A DNA stretch of 64,000 nucleotides from a virus (Duplodnaviria > Caudoviricetes), in IMG/VR virus record IMGVR_UViG_3300025141_000018; one strand, 5' to 3'. Both the position numbers and the translations under genes were made by a program. How positions within the stretch are numbered: the stretch's first letter is position 1; each line of letters begins with the position of its first letter. Positions 45,372 to 55,134 of this stretch are shown here, in pieces. Under the pieces are notes generated by a model that had not been told where the DNA came from, made no database searches, and worked only from the letters and a program-made list of their open reading frames with translations.

Positions 45372-45682
45372 TCGAAGGTGTTGGTTGTAACGGTGTCTGT
45401 TACTCTCTCAACTGTATAGCCAGCATCTACAAAATACTTAACTACACGGTCCATTTGATATTTTTTAGATCTATCTTCAACACTACCTTGCCATACGTTA
45501 TAGTAGGATTGTGCCGTTGCACCTGTGGTTGTCATTGTGGTGCCTGTAGCAATAGTCGATTCTAAATTCCCAGCGGCAACATCAGTAATAATTTGTGTTT
45601 CAATGGCTTTTATTTCACCATGTATAGTTGAATCTATTGATGTCTTTTTTCTTGCCTCTGCGGCATTCATATATGCACTCAT
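45353..45682 (-). CDS. hypothetical (likely structural) protein
   Basis: 109-aa ORF in the late cluster. Confidence 0.65.
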   Translation of the reverse strand: MSAYMNAAEARKKTSIDSTIHGEIKAIETQIITDVAAGNLESTIATGTTMTTTGATAQSYYNVWQGSVEDRSKKYQMDRVVKYFVDAGYTVERVTDTVTTNTFDWKIYW

Positions 45683-45999
45683 TTTTTAATCGCCTTTATT
45701 GCTTGTTTTTTTGCTGTCGCTTTCATTTTATCTTTTGATTTTTTTGCTGGACTCATTCCTAGTCCTGGGTCTAATGATATTTCGTGTTCATTAGCATCCG
45801 TAACTAAAGGAATAGAGCCTAATATTTCTATTAAGCTCACATTGTCTATATCAAAATTATCTTTGTGTAAATTGTTTTGAAGTGCTTGTAATGAAATTTT
45901 TGTGATGCCATTTAATTTAGCCATGCCCAAGAGATTAATGATAGTATCTCTTAGTGCTGATTCATAATCTGTGGCTTCTACCAAAGTTGCTAATTTCAT
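45679..45999 (-). CDS. putative internal virion protein
   Basis: N-terminus MKLATLVEA. Confidence 0.6.
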   Translation of the reverse strand: MKLATLVEATDYESALRDTIINLLGMAKLNGITKISLQALQNNLHKDNFDIDNVSLIEILGSIPLVTDANEHEISLDPGLGMSPAKKSKDKMKATAKKQAIKAIKK

Positions 46000-46013
46000 T
46001 CATTCCTGTCCTA

Positions 46014-46844
46014 CTACTTAACTTGCATTTTTAAATATGCGGCGGCTTTTTTAATTGCATCTACAGGAACTTTGCCATTTTCCATTTTATGTTCATAAAT
46101 GTAACGGCCGGCTTTTTCTAAAGATTCTTTAGGAATACGTCCGGTTGGTTCATCAATAGCACCTGATGCGGCTTCTGCTCCAGCAAAATCATCTTCAGTT
46201 GGAACATCCATACCCGGATCCATTGCTGGATCTGCTGGTGCCATACCGGCATCCATTGCCGGGTCCATTGCCATTTCAGGAGCAGGACCTTCACCCGACA
46301 TTCCTAATACTGCATTGTCCATTCCATCACGAGCAGACTTAACTGCATCTAATGCTGGTTGCAAAATACCTTCTGCTTGTTGGTTGAAACCATTTGCCAT
46401 TTCAATACCGAAACTTTGTTTCATAGCATCAACAATAGGCATTAATTCCTCTACTTGCATTTCTGCAAGATCTTCTGCCATACCTTGCAACTTATCAATC
46501 ATTGCTTTAGCGGCAAGAACAACTTCGGCTTGATCCAAATCTTGTTCCATAAGTGTAGCCAATTTCTGTGGCTTTGCACTTTCTTTGACTTTCTTTTTTG
46601 TTTTACGCATTGTGGGGCTCACTTCTCTTAGCACTTCTTCGTACAAACTAGCCTGCAATACATTTATTGCATATTCGGGAGTTGATTCAGACCCCGGATT
46701 GTTTCTTTTATCTTGTATATGTTCTTTTACTTTTTTTAACTTGCCTGAGGCATTAGTAAAATCTTTTATCTTTTTGCCAGTGAACGATTGCAATGCGGAA
46801 TTGATTGCCGTTGGCTCCGAGACAGTAATATCAAATAACTCCAT
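46014..46844 (-). CDS. putative prohead core/scaffold-like protein
   Basis: helical, acidic, Pro/Met/Asp repeats; late TAAATA at 46882-46877. Confidence 0.55.
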   Translation of the reverse strand: MELFDITVSEPTAINSALQSFTGKKIKDFTNASGKLKKVKEHIQDKRNNPGSESTPEYAINVLQASLYEEVLREVSPTMRKTKKKVKESAKPQKLATLMEQDLDQAEVVLAAKAMIDKLQGMAEDLAEMQVEELMPIVDAMKQSFGIEMANGFNQQAEGILQPALDAVKSARDGMDNAVLGMSGEGPAPEMAMDPAMDAGMAPADPAMDPGMDVPTEDDFAGAEAASGAIDEPTGRIPKESLEKAGRYIYEHKMENGKVPVDAIKKAAAYLKMQVK

Positions 46845-46886
46845 GGTTAAATCCTGTATTTGTACGATGTTTTAATTATTTATCAA

Positions 46887-47480
46887 TTATAATGAGTTTA
46901 GTATCTTTCTTTTAATATCAGTAGCCTTCATTTTTACTTCAGTTAATTTGGCTTCATATATACCGTTTGGATTTGTTTTTACTCGTCGGCTTAAATTAGC
47001 ACCTTCGAATAATTTACCACCATACTCGTCGTCTAATTTAGCAACTACATTTGCTTTTGAATGGTTGTTTTCCATTAAATGTTTTACAATAGCAGATGCA
47101 GATGCATATAAACAGACATTTTCGTATAATATGTCTGTTCCTTGCATTATATTATAATACTTTTTCTTAATATTACCTATAGTACCTTGTATTTTTTCTA
47201 TAGAATATCCGTCTATTTGTATGCGATTTTCGGTTACTTGCATTGGTACTTCGGCTTTTACTGTTTCTACTGCATCATGTGTCGCATTTGTAAAATTTTC
47301 AAGTATTCGACGCATTTCAGGATCTTTACCTGCCATTGGTGCAATAGGTGTATCAGTTGATACCGTTGTTTGAGTTGTTGACGGTGTAGTACTTGCAACA
47401 GGTTGTCCACTTGAGGCGGCATTAAACTTGCTTAGTACATCCACCATACCTTTTCGTTCTTCGTCCGTAATTGCTTGCAT
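46887..47480 (-). CDS. hypothetical late protein
   Basis: 197-aa ORF. Confidence 0.65.
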   Translation of the reverse strand: MQAITDEERKGMVDVLSKFNAASSGQPVASTTPSTTQTTVSTDTPIAPMAGKDPEMRRILENFTNATHDAVETVKAEVPMQVTENRIQIDGYSIEKIQGTIGNIKKKYYNIMQGTDILYENVCLYASASAIVKHLMENNHSKANVVAKLDDEYGGKLFEGANLSRRVKTNPNGIYEAKLTEVKMKATDIKRKILNSL

Positions 47481-47481
47481 T

Positions 47482-47673
47482 TTATACCTTTATAATTTGT
47501 CCGCCAATGTAATCAATAACTCCACGTGATCGCATTTTTTGCAATAATAACTTTTCACGTTCATCAATATCTTTATTTTCTTTTATGTTTGTATTAACAT
47601 ATTTAAAGAACACTTCGTGTTCTTCATTACTTAGCGGAATTGAAATCGCATTATCTAATTCTATAAGTTTCAT
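47482..47673 (-). CDS. small hypothetical late protein
   Basis: MKLIEL N-terminus. Confidence 0.6.
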   Translation of the reverse strand: MKLIELDNAISIPLSNEEHEVFFKYVNTNIKENKDIDEREKLLLQKMRSRGVIDYIGGQIIKV

Positions 47674-49541
47674 GCCATGCCCCCTACTCTTTTGGCTCGT
47701 TGCATCATTTGACTTGCTACCATGTCATTAGTAACAAGAAATTCTTCTCCTGTATCAGGATTTGTAACTACTGCATTACGTTTAACTTCACTTCGTTTCA
47801 TTGTTGGAACAGGCTTCCTTGTTGATTGTGATGCTCCGGTTGGTGGTGCTTCTGGATTAGGATTGTTGCCAGCAATTCCGGGTTTTTGTTCGGGTGCAAT
47901 AGGTGCTAATTGTGTTGATTGTGTTTGTTGTGGGCTTTGCGGTTGACTAGGTCCTTTTTCTTTTTGTGCAGGAGTAATATATTCTTCAAGTTTTTGTTCT
48001 CCTAATTTTAATCCATAAAAATTACCAGAATGCATAGCCTGTTTAATGCTTATAATATCTGTAACATCAAGTTGATTCATAAATTTTTCTATTTGTTGTT
48101 CTGATGCATTTAGTTTTAAAACATTTTTAACAAATAAAGATATAATATCTTTATCTACATGATGATGTCCTTCTTCGTGACTGTATTCGGTTATTGATTC
48201 TTTTTTTAATTTGCTTGATTGCTCGCCACGTGTAGCATTGTTAAAAGCAGATTGTATTTTTGATGCCATAGTTGTTCCGTCTTTTTTAGGATTCCCAGAA
48301 GGTTCGTCAAGTGAAAATTTTCTTATTAAATCTTTTCCATAGCCTTTAGCCCATTCTTGAGCATCCCAAGATAATTGTTGTACTACTTGATCGGCAACAC
48401 CGGTTTGCCATTTTTCTTTATTTTTACGTTGAGCTTGGGTCATTTGATCTGTGTCTTTACCAAAAAGATACTGACCGTAATTCCTAGGATCCCATACAGA
48501 CGGACCTTTATTTGTTAGTCCGTCAAACGGATTAATATCAGTAGGTAAGGTATCTTTAAAGTCATCATGTTTATCGGTTATTCCTCTACTCCTTGTTAAA
48601 GGACTACTATGAATACCTATTGATGCTATTGAGGTAACATCCTTTATTGTATCTGCACGACGAACATCGACGAAATATTTTTGACCTTCTTTGCTATATT
48701 TGATTGCTCTTTTTCTTTGCTTGTTAAGACCCGGATTGTTTGTCTTAGTGTTCCAAAAATTAGCACCTCCATTATAACTGCCAAATGCACTTCCTCTTAT
48801 ATACTGGTCTGCTTCTATTTTTGCGTTCTTCTTTTCCCTCGTCATTGGTCCTATATCATAATTTCTCAACGCCTGAAGATGCCCTTGGTACCTTTTCCAT
48901 TCTTTAGTTCCTGGTTTTAAATTTGATTTTACTTGTTGTGTATAGGTTGGATCGCCTGATTTTAATTTTTCTTTCTTACTAATAAAATATAACATTCCAA
49001 TTCTAAATGGATCTATGCCGTCGCCCTTCCAGTTTACATCTTGTACTTCTATATTTGTATATCCTTTTGGTGCAGTTGGATCAACTGATTTTGTGTTTGC
49101 TGGTTCTACAAAATCTGTAACATTAAATTGAGTATCGTAGGCGGCCCATTTACGATTAAATTTCTTATCCTTTAACCATGAATTAACTGAATTTAAGCAG
49201 GTGCTCCGACATCCTATAGGACCATATGCTCGATCTTGCCAAGGACGTTCTTCGTAAGTTGCGTTACCATTTTTGTCATACCCGTTAATTTGAAAATTAT
49301 CTGCAACTTGATCTGGGTTCCATTTACTACCCATTTCCTGATTAATTAATGTAAGTGCCTCGGATCTAAAGTCAGCTCTAGAAGCCGCATCATTTCTAAT
49401 TAATTTTCTAGTAGTAAATTCATTTTCAAGTTGATCAATCCACCCCATAATAATTTTACCAGCCTTTTTTTGAAACTGTTTAGAGACTTTTGCGCCGACT
49501 TTTTTTGCTTTACTATACGTTTTTACTTCTTCAATACGCAT
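47670..49541 (-). CDS. large putative internal virion protein
   Basis: MRIEEV N-terminus, internal xITE/LEE sites, Q/P-rich tail. Confidence 0.65.
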   Translation of the reverse strand: MRIEEVKTYSKAKKVGAKVSKQFQKKAGKIIMGWIDQLENEFTTRKLIRNDAASRADFRSEALTLINQEMGSKWNPDQVADNFQINGYDKNGNATYEERPWQDRAYGPIGCRSTCLNSVNSWLKDKKFNRKWAAYDTQFNVTDFVEPANTKSVDPTAPKGYTNIEVQDVNWKGDGIDPFRIGMLYFISKKEKLKSGDPTYTQQVKSNLKPGTKEWKRYQGHLQALRNYDIGPMTREKKNAKIEADQYIRGSAFGSYNGGANFWNTKTNNPGLNKQRKRAIKYSKEGQKYFVDVRRADTIKDVTSIASIGIHSSPLTRSRGITDKHDDFKDTLPTDINPFDGLTNKGPSVWDPRNYGQYLFGKDTDQMTQAQRKNKEKWQTGVADQVVQQLSWDAQEWAKGYGKDLIRKFSLDEPSGNPKKDGTTMASKIQSAFNNATRGEQSSKLKKESITEYSHEEGHHHVDKDIISLFVKNVLKLNASEQQIEKFMNQLDVTDIISIKQAMHSGNFYGLKLGEQKLEEYITPAQKEKGPSQPQSPQQTQSTQLAPIAPEQKPGIAGNNPNPEAPPTGASQSTRKPVPTMKRSEVKRNAVVTNPDTGEEFLVTNDMVASQMMQRAKRVGGMA

Positions 49542-49831
49542 TATCGTCTCTTATTCATTGCTTGAATTCGTTTACTAGCGGCATTATATTTTTTAGTTCT
49601 TAGAGCTTTTCTTATCAAACGGGGGCCATATTTTGCCTTAGTTTTTTTAAGTTGTAGTCGTTTTTTTAAATCGATTGGTGCGTTGCATTGACTGGGGGAA
49701 GAAACTGCTCTACCTTTACGCATTCCGTATGTACATCTATATTTTTTTATAACTTGATTTTTTCCTTTACGAGCCCAAACTACTTTGGTTTCGATAAGAA
49801 TATCATCATTTAGGCATTCTTCGAGAAGCAT
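49541..49831 (-). CDS. basic hypothetical late protein
   Basis: VWAR..KKYRC..G.RKGR.VS..QC. Confidence 0.7.
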   Translation of the reverse strand: MLLEECLNDDILIETKVVWARKGKNQVIKKYRCTYGMRKGRAVSSPSQCNAPIDLKKRLQLKKTKAKYGPRLIRKALRTKKYNAASKRIQAMNKRR

Positions 49832-49863
49832 ACAATGAACCTATATTAACTTTTTAGTATTTA

Positions 49864-50166
49864 TTACAACATGTGAGTTAGCCATGCACCTACAATAGAA
49901 ACAACAATACCTACTAATAGGCCCATTAACATTTTATGTTGGGAGGCTTGGTTTTCGTGCATTTTCATCATAATATCGTCTACTTTACGGAAAAGTATAT
50001 CAAATTTATGATCACTGGATTTTGATTCTTCTTCTATACGTTTACTCAAATTGTCTAATTTCTCATTCATTTGTTTGTACCTTTCACCGCATTTATCTAC
50101 GTGAAATTCAAGAGAAGTTTCCTCTCTCAGTGGTTCTATTTTTTTGGGTCTTGCGGCTCTAGGCAT
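49864..50166 (-). CDS. coiled-coil protein with C-terminal TM helix
   Basis: LEFHVDKCGERY + coiled coil + hydrophobic C-terminus; start placed at MPRAARPKK (SD AAGGA). Confidence 0.65.
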   Translation of the reverse strand: MPRAARPKKIEPLREETSLEFHVDKCGERYKQMNEKLDNLSKRIEEESKSSDHKFDILFRKVDDIMMKMHENQASQHKMLMGLLVGIVVSIVGAWLTHML

Positions 50167-50368
50167 AATAAAACTAATCCTTAAAATAACAATTTGCCGA
50201 GTGGCTTTGAGTAAAGTATTTGTGGTGTTAGCCTTTGTTTGCCTCTGTCGGGGGATACCGTCCCCAGCACCCCCACAGTAGATACCCCCTTCGTTATTAA
50301 CATTTCCCAACAAAAGTTTAGGAAACATAACCTCCAGAGAGGGTTTCATAATATATTTATGAAGTCAT

Positions 50369-50399
50369 AAAAAAAGGTAGGCGTTATAATACGCCTACC
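50369..50399 (-). terminator. intrinsic terminator
   Basis: GGTAGGCGT/ACGCCTACC 9-bp stem plus T7 on the minus strand. Confidence 0.85.
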
Positions 50400-50431
50400 C
50401 ATTGTTTCGGAAACAACTTAATTAATTAAAA

Positions 50432-50800
50432 TTAAGCGTGGTATCCTCTAAAGTCTGCTCTGTAAAAAACGTCTGCAGATGAAAGGTTGATTGAATCAAC
50501 TGTTCCTAATGCACGAATTGCTACTTGTAAATTCGCGGCGGTTACGTTGATTGGACCTTGTGATATAACGTGTACGTGTGATGTATCATCAGCAGGTACA
50601 GTTACAACAGCAATAGTCATATAATGCATGAAAGCATGTGCGATTGCAGGCACAGTACTTAAATCACCTGAAGAGTCAATTCCGGTTTTTGCATCAACTG
50701 CGGCTTTGCAGTCAACTGCCCAATAACCTAAATCAGCTCCGACCATTTCTTTAGCGGCGGTTCCACCATGTTGTTTCAATGTAATTGTTCCAGCGGCCAT
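50432..50800 (-). CDS. putative virion (head-decoration-like) protein
   Basis: small Ala/Val-rich protein, SD AGGAG, TAAATA at 50839-50834, own terminator. Confidence 0.6.
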   Translation of the reverse strand: MAAGTITLKQHGGTAAKEMVGADLGYWAVDCKAAVDAKTGIDSSGDLSTVPAIAHAFMHYMTIAVVTVPADDTSHVHVISQGPINVTAANLQVAIRALGTVDSINLSSADVFYRADFRGYHA

Positions 50801-50832
50801 AATATTTCTCCTAATGCTTCTGGTTGTTAAGT

Positions 50833-52281
50833 TTATTTATCAAAAGAATTAAAATATTTTTCTCTAACAGTAGAGAATATATCCATGATTCTTCCGTGTG
50901 TATTAAAATACCCATATAGCAATCTAAATAGTTTATGCTTTTCGTTGCTATGTAATTTATTATATCGTTGTGCTAAACTTAGTGCTTGTGAAACATTGCT
51001 ATTCTGTACACCAAATGTAGATTTTAACTTATAAAGAAACGCAATAGTATCTGAATTTGTCATGTTACCTGTGCTTATTTTAGTTAAATATTTTCGCATA
51101 TACCATGCCGGCAATGCTTTTGATTTAAGTAATTCGCATGTTTTATCATCTAGCATGTGAGTTTTAGTATAAAATGCAGATATAAGAGTATAGGTATCAT
51201 TCATTGAAATTGAAGTTTTATTAAATCCTGGATAAGCACTATAAATTTTTCTTGTATATTTTTTAGCATCTTCGTCGCCTTCTTCACCTAACACATATAA
51301 TAAAATTATACTACATGTTGTTAAATTAACAGCATCAACAGCAGATAATTGTTTGCTCCAACTTCTATTATGAAATGCTTTGCCTTCGGTTAATATATTG
51401 TCACGGAAAAACGTAAATCTTTCCATTGTATTAACCATGTCAATTGTTTCTTGTTTTCGTTCACCTTTAGCCGTGCCTACTTCGCCCGATTTAATAGATA
51501 CCATAGAATTAAACAATCCTTTAACCCTTTCTTTGCTTACAGGGTGTTTTAAAGACAATTTAACGTCATCTAACAGCTCTTCAAACGACTGTCGTAGGTT
51601 AAAATGACTTAATAAATTAACTGTATCAGCCCATTTATTTGATTGCCATAGTATTTCTCTTGTACCTTTTACTTCTCTACCGGCTTCATCAGCATCATAT
51701 GCTCGTAAACTTAAATTAACTCCACTTAAATTAAACTCTAATTTCTTATCTGTTTCTGGAACTTGTAAACCGACTCTAGCAAGTAAATCAGGTAATTTTC
51801 GTACATGTTGTGCTTCTTGTATTGCAATCTTAACAAGCCCTAAAACCAGTCCTTGTTTTTCAGCAGTCATATTAAGAAAGTTTTCTTTAAATGAACTTTC
51901 CTCGGGTGTTAATGCTATAATGTTATCAATTTGAACTGTTTTTTCTTGTCCAACTTGTGGGTAATTTACTGTTATAATTTCACCTGAATTGTAACTACGT
52001 CTACCAGTATATTTGTCGCTAGTAAATGGAAGTATCTCAGTATTTGGGCGAGCTTCTAAATATCGTTGTAAATCTTTTTTAATATCTTTCTTATTGTCAG
52101 CATCTAAATGTATAATTAAATCAATGTCACCAAAATCGTCTTTACCTGACGCATTAAAACTTCCACTGATTATAGCATCACGGAAAGGCGGAAAACCTTT
52201 TAAAACGTCATTTACATAACGATCTACTGTAGGCTTAACATATTCTCTATCAATTCTGTGTGATCCTGCTACACCGCTCAT
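50833..52281 (-). CDS. Pol-beta-superfamily nucleotidyltransferase fused to a C-terminal helical domain
   Basis: SGSFN..GDIDL (GS..DxD) and QID third Asp. Confidence 0.75.
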   Translation of the reverse strand: MSGVAGSHRIDREYVKPTVDRYVNDVLKGFPPFRDAIISGSFNASGKDDFGDIDLIIHLDADNKKDIKKDLQRYLEARPNTEILPFTSDKYTGRRSYNSGEIITVNYPQVGQEKTVQIDNIIALTPEESSFKENFLNMTAEKQGLVLGLVKIAIQEAQHVRKLPDLLARVGLQVPETDKKLEFNLSGVNLSLRAYDADEAGREVKGTREILWQSNKWADTVNLLSHFNLRQSFEELLDDVKLSLKHPVSKERVKGLFNSMVSIKSGEVGTAKGERKQETIDMVNTMERFTFFRDNILTEGKAFHNRSWSKQLSAVDAVNLTTCSIILLYVLGEEGDEDAKKYTRKIYSAYPGFNKTSISMNDTYTLISAFYTKTHMLDDKTCELLKSKALPAWYMRKYLTKISTGNMTNSDTIAFLYKLKSTFGVQNSNVSQALSLAQRYNKLHSNEKHKLFRLLYGYFNTHGRIMDIFSTVREKYFNSFDK

Positions 52282-52490
52282 TAGTATTTCCTTTTCTCTA
52301 AATTACTACCTTTGTTATTTTCATCTACACATTGGTAGTAAGGTAAACTGGCATCTTTATTAAGAGCTCTAGTTCCTCTTTGAGGTCCTGGCCCTTTAAC
52401 CCAATGTCCAAAACACCCTGATGTACTTGTTCCACATCCAACAACTATCCATGTTGCCATCATTACGAAAAGTAATAATAGTCTCTTCAT
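52281..52490 (-). CDS. small putative lipoprotein
   Basis: MKRLLLLFVMMATWIVVGC lipobox-like. Confidence 0.55.
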   Translation of the reverse strand: MKRLLLLFVMMATWIVVGCGTSTSGCFGHWVKGPGPQRGTRALNKDASLPYYQCVDENNKGSNLEKRKY

Positions 52491-52499
52491 ATTTTACCT

Positions 52500-52685
52500 T
52501 TAAACTGCTTTATTACATTCATACCTAATATTATTTAAACAATTATTACATATGGTATTATTTTCTCGTTTTTCTTTCGTTTTTTCTAATACATGGTCTA
52601 ATGTTTTAAGTATTTTTCTTTTAGTATTTTTTATTTGGCTTAAAAGATAATTTTCAGAAAAGGTTATATATTTGTTTTTATGCAT
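52500..52685 (-). CDS. small hypothetical protein
   Basis: SD AGGAG; C-terminal CxxC...C. Confidence 0.45.
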   Translation of the reverse strand: MHKNKYITFSENYLLSQIKNTKRKILKTLDHVLEKTKEKRENNTICNNCLNNIRYECNKAV

Positions 52686-52705
52686 AATTTGCTCCTATTT
52701 TACCT

Positions 52706-53032
52706 TTAATTTGTTGGATACATTTGATCTGTATAATCAACTTTAAATTTCTTTTTCTTAGGTATAAAATCTCTAGCACGTTTTACACCTGCTTGCATTG
52801 CTTTTTGTATCTTTTTTCGTCGTCCAGGTGTTACCCATTTAAATCCTCTATCGGGGTGTTGGGGCGAATTCATTGCGGCAGTATGTAACCAACTACCTTT
52901 GGGTGCGGCAAGTGCTTTATTAAAATAATCTTGGCTATGAAAAAATGCACCACCTTTTAATTCCGGTCGTAAATCACCTCTAACCCATTGCTGAATTCCT
53001 GCACCTTCTGTCATTATCTCACTTGCTTTCAT
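52706..53032 (-). CDS. putative internal virion protein
   Basis: MKASEIMTEG N-terminus. Confidence 0.6.
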   Translation of the reverse strand: MKASEIMTEGAGIQQWVRGDLRPELKGGAFFHSQDYFNKALAAPKGSWLHTAAMNSPQHPDRGFKWVTPGRRKKIQKAMQAGVKRARDFIPKKKKFKVDYTDQMYPTN

Positions 53033-53991
53033 GCAGTCTCCGTTTGATACTTTGTTAGGTTACTATTATTTGGTAAAAACTTACCAGATAATCCCAATGC
53101 TTTTTGATTTCTAATCCAATATTTTTGTAAATCATCCGGAATATCTACTCGAGTTTTATCTAATATTTTTAAGTAAATTTGTATAACACTATCATAATCT
53201 GGATGATTTAAAATAGAATCATGTAATGTAAAATAATTATCTAATTCTGCTCGTGATAAACTAATACCAAATAATTCATTGAGTAAGTTTAATGCTTCCT
53301 CTGGTGTTCTTGCAACTACTTCTTTAGTTGCCTTATCTTTAACACCTACTTTATGATTAAATGAAAAATTCTTTGCTTGAAACATTGCTAACATTAATTG
53401 TGTTCTATGCAATCCTTTAATATTAGAATTTTCATCATACTCACTAGAGGAATAACTAAATTCTAACCAAGGTAAATGTCCTACCATCCAATCAATTTGT
53501 ATACCTATATTTAAATTATTACCTTCTTCATCAAATTGCGGAAACATTCCAAAAGCATTACCAGGAGTAACTTTTTTAGGATCCATATGTATAGTAGGTG
53601 CATGTTCATTAACATATTCGCTAATTAAAACTAATGCGGTTTTCATAGCAACTTGTTCGTCGCTTGATGTTCTTGCTCGCTTTTTAAACTGATCAAATCT
53701 TTGAACAAATTCTTCAGGTTTAATATTCCATTGTTGAACTGTTTGAGTAGAAATACCTCGAGGAAATAATTTTGTAGCATCTATTGCTAAATCAATATCA
53801 CCACTGGTACTTCTTTTACCTACCGAACCTGTAGGATGAAAATCGCTAGGATTTATATTTGCTCTAGGAAAAACTTGTTTTAATTCTGCAAAGTATCGTT
53901 CTAAGGTAGGCTGAATATTTTCTCGATTAATGCGGTCGGTATTACCTCCAAAGACGTTACCGCCTTCTAATATAACCTCCCTGACTAGCAT
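53029..53991 (-). CDS. Pol-beta-superfamily nucleotidyltransferase with capsid-targeting-like leader
   Basis: MLVREVILE-GG; TGSVGK..SGDIDL; QID. Confidence 0.78.
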   Translation of the reverse strand: MLVREVILEGGNVFGGNTDRINRENIQPTLERYFAELKQVFPRANINPSDFHPTGSVGKRSTSGDIDLAIDATKLFPRGISTQTVQQWNIKPEEFVQRFDQFKKRARTSSDEQVAMKTALVLISEYVNEHAPTIHMDPKKVTPGNAFGMFPQFDEEGNNLNIGIQIDWMVGHLPWLEFSYSSSEYDENSNIKGLHRTQLMLAMFQAKNFSFNHKVGVKDKATKEVVARTPEEALNLLNELFGISLSRAELDNYFTLHDSILNHPDYDSVIQIYLKILDKTRVDIPDDLQKYWIRNQKALGLSGKFLPNNSNLTKYQTETA

Positions 53992-54395
53992 TAAATTTCT
54001 CCGAATTGTTTTTTATATCTATTTTGTTTGGCAAGTTTATTGTATGCATTTACTAATGTTTCCATCTTGTCTTGAAACACCGGGTTGTCGTTATTGTATA
54101 ACAATTTATATGCTCGCCGTACCATAAACGGATCTGCAGGGTCATTAATATCTGCGGTTGCAATGCTTTTAGCAAGTTCCATTAATTGTCTAGCAACATT
54201 ACTTTGCAATGACTTAATATCATATGTTCCACCACTGCCAGGAAAAACGTCGGTGCTAAAAGGATCCTTAGGATCTTCTTTTAATCTATCAATTACATCT
54301 TTCTCAGTAAAAGCCTGTTGGATTCTACGTTTAGGTCGTGGACCTCGCATCACTCTTTTTCTAGTTCCTGCTATTTCAATTTCGGCTATTTTCAT
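53991..54395 (-). CDS. putative internal virion protein
   Basis: MKIAEI N-terminus. Confidence 0.6.
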   Translation of the reverse strand: MKIAEIEIAGTRKRVMRGPRPKRRIQQAFTEKDVIDRLKEDPKDPFSTDVFPGSGGTYDIKSLQSNVARQLMELAKSIATADINDPADPFMVRRAYKLLYNNDNPVFQDKMETLVNAYNKLAKQNRYKKQFGEI

Positions 54396-54398
54396 GTT

Positions 54399-54863
54399 TT
54401 ATCCCTGTATATCGCTTGCTTTGCCAAAAGTGGTCTTTTTAGATTGATGTGTTACTACCCCTGGTTTTGTTTTTTGTGTTGGGGTTTTGCGAGGATATCT
54501 TGCTCTCCAATCTTCTAAAGAACCTCCTCCGGAAGATATCTGTGCCATCGTTGCAACATCTGTTGGCGACATACCATATTTTTTTCTATGTGGCATCATT
54601 CTTTGAGCCATTTGGTCCATGTTTGGACTTCGACCAGCATAAGGTTGTCCTCCTGCGGCGGACCATTTACGTTGAGCATCATCTCTTGCACTTTGTTCTG
54701 AACTATATTTTCTGCCCCAATGACCTTGCTTATTGTATTGGTACCATTCTTTACCGGTCTTTTTATCTATGCCTTTTCTATAACGAGCAGACTGACCACT
54801 TGAATCACCTCTAGTAGGGGAAGTTATTAGTTCCGCTTCATTTATTATCTCAGATATTTTCAT
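54399..54863 (-). CDS. putative internal virion protein
   Basis: MKISEIINEA N-terminus. Confidence 0.6.
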   Translation of the reverse strand: MKISEIINEAELITSPTRGDSSGQSARYRKGIDKKTGKEWYQYNKQGHWGRKYSSEQSARDDAQRKWSAAGGQPYAGRSPNMDQMAQRMMPHRKKYGMSPTDVATMAQISSGGGSLEDWRARYPRKTPTQKTKPGVVTHQSKKTTFGKASDIQG

Positions 54864-55104
54864 TGCTTGGTGCCCTTTTCATTCCTGTTACGAATTTTTT
54901 TGGATCTTGATTTTTAATGCTAATCAACAGCCGTCGGTGTAGATCTAGTGCTACTTCTTTATCATATGTTTCATAAATCATATCAATCAAATTAGTTACA
55001 GTTGATACAATATGCTGTCCACGAGATTCAATAACCATGCCTTTATTCTTAGGAGGTATTACTTCGTTAATCTCTTGTAACAGACTTTTAGTTCTACGTT
55101 GCAT
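54850..55104 (-). CDS. hypothetical protein
   Basis: SLLQEI..IESRG.H..LLISIK..DPKKF. Confidence 0.7.
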   Translation of the reverse strand: MQRRTKSLLQEINEVIPPKNKGMVIESRGQHIVSTVTNLIDMIYETYDKEVALDLHRRLLISIKNQDPKKFVTGMKRAPSNENI

Positions 55105-55120
55105 ATTTTTTAGATCCTGT

Positions 55121-55134
55121 TATAAATATTTATA
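55121..55134. promoter_or_regulatory. palindromic bidirectional T4-type late promoter
   Basis: TATAAATATTTATA gives TATAAATA on both strands between divergent genes. Confidence 0.75.

Noticed and set aside
50167-50350. Glycine, TPP or c-di-AMP riboswitch assignment
   Set aside because: Fragments (CTCTGGAG, CGAAGG, GACAGAG, GGGGTGC, GCTAAC) are present, but required cores (CTCTCAGG, CTGAGA, GCTGAATC) are missing. Kept only as an unclassified structured RNA.
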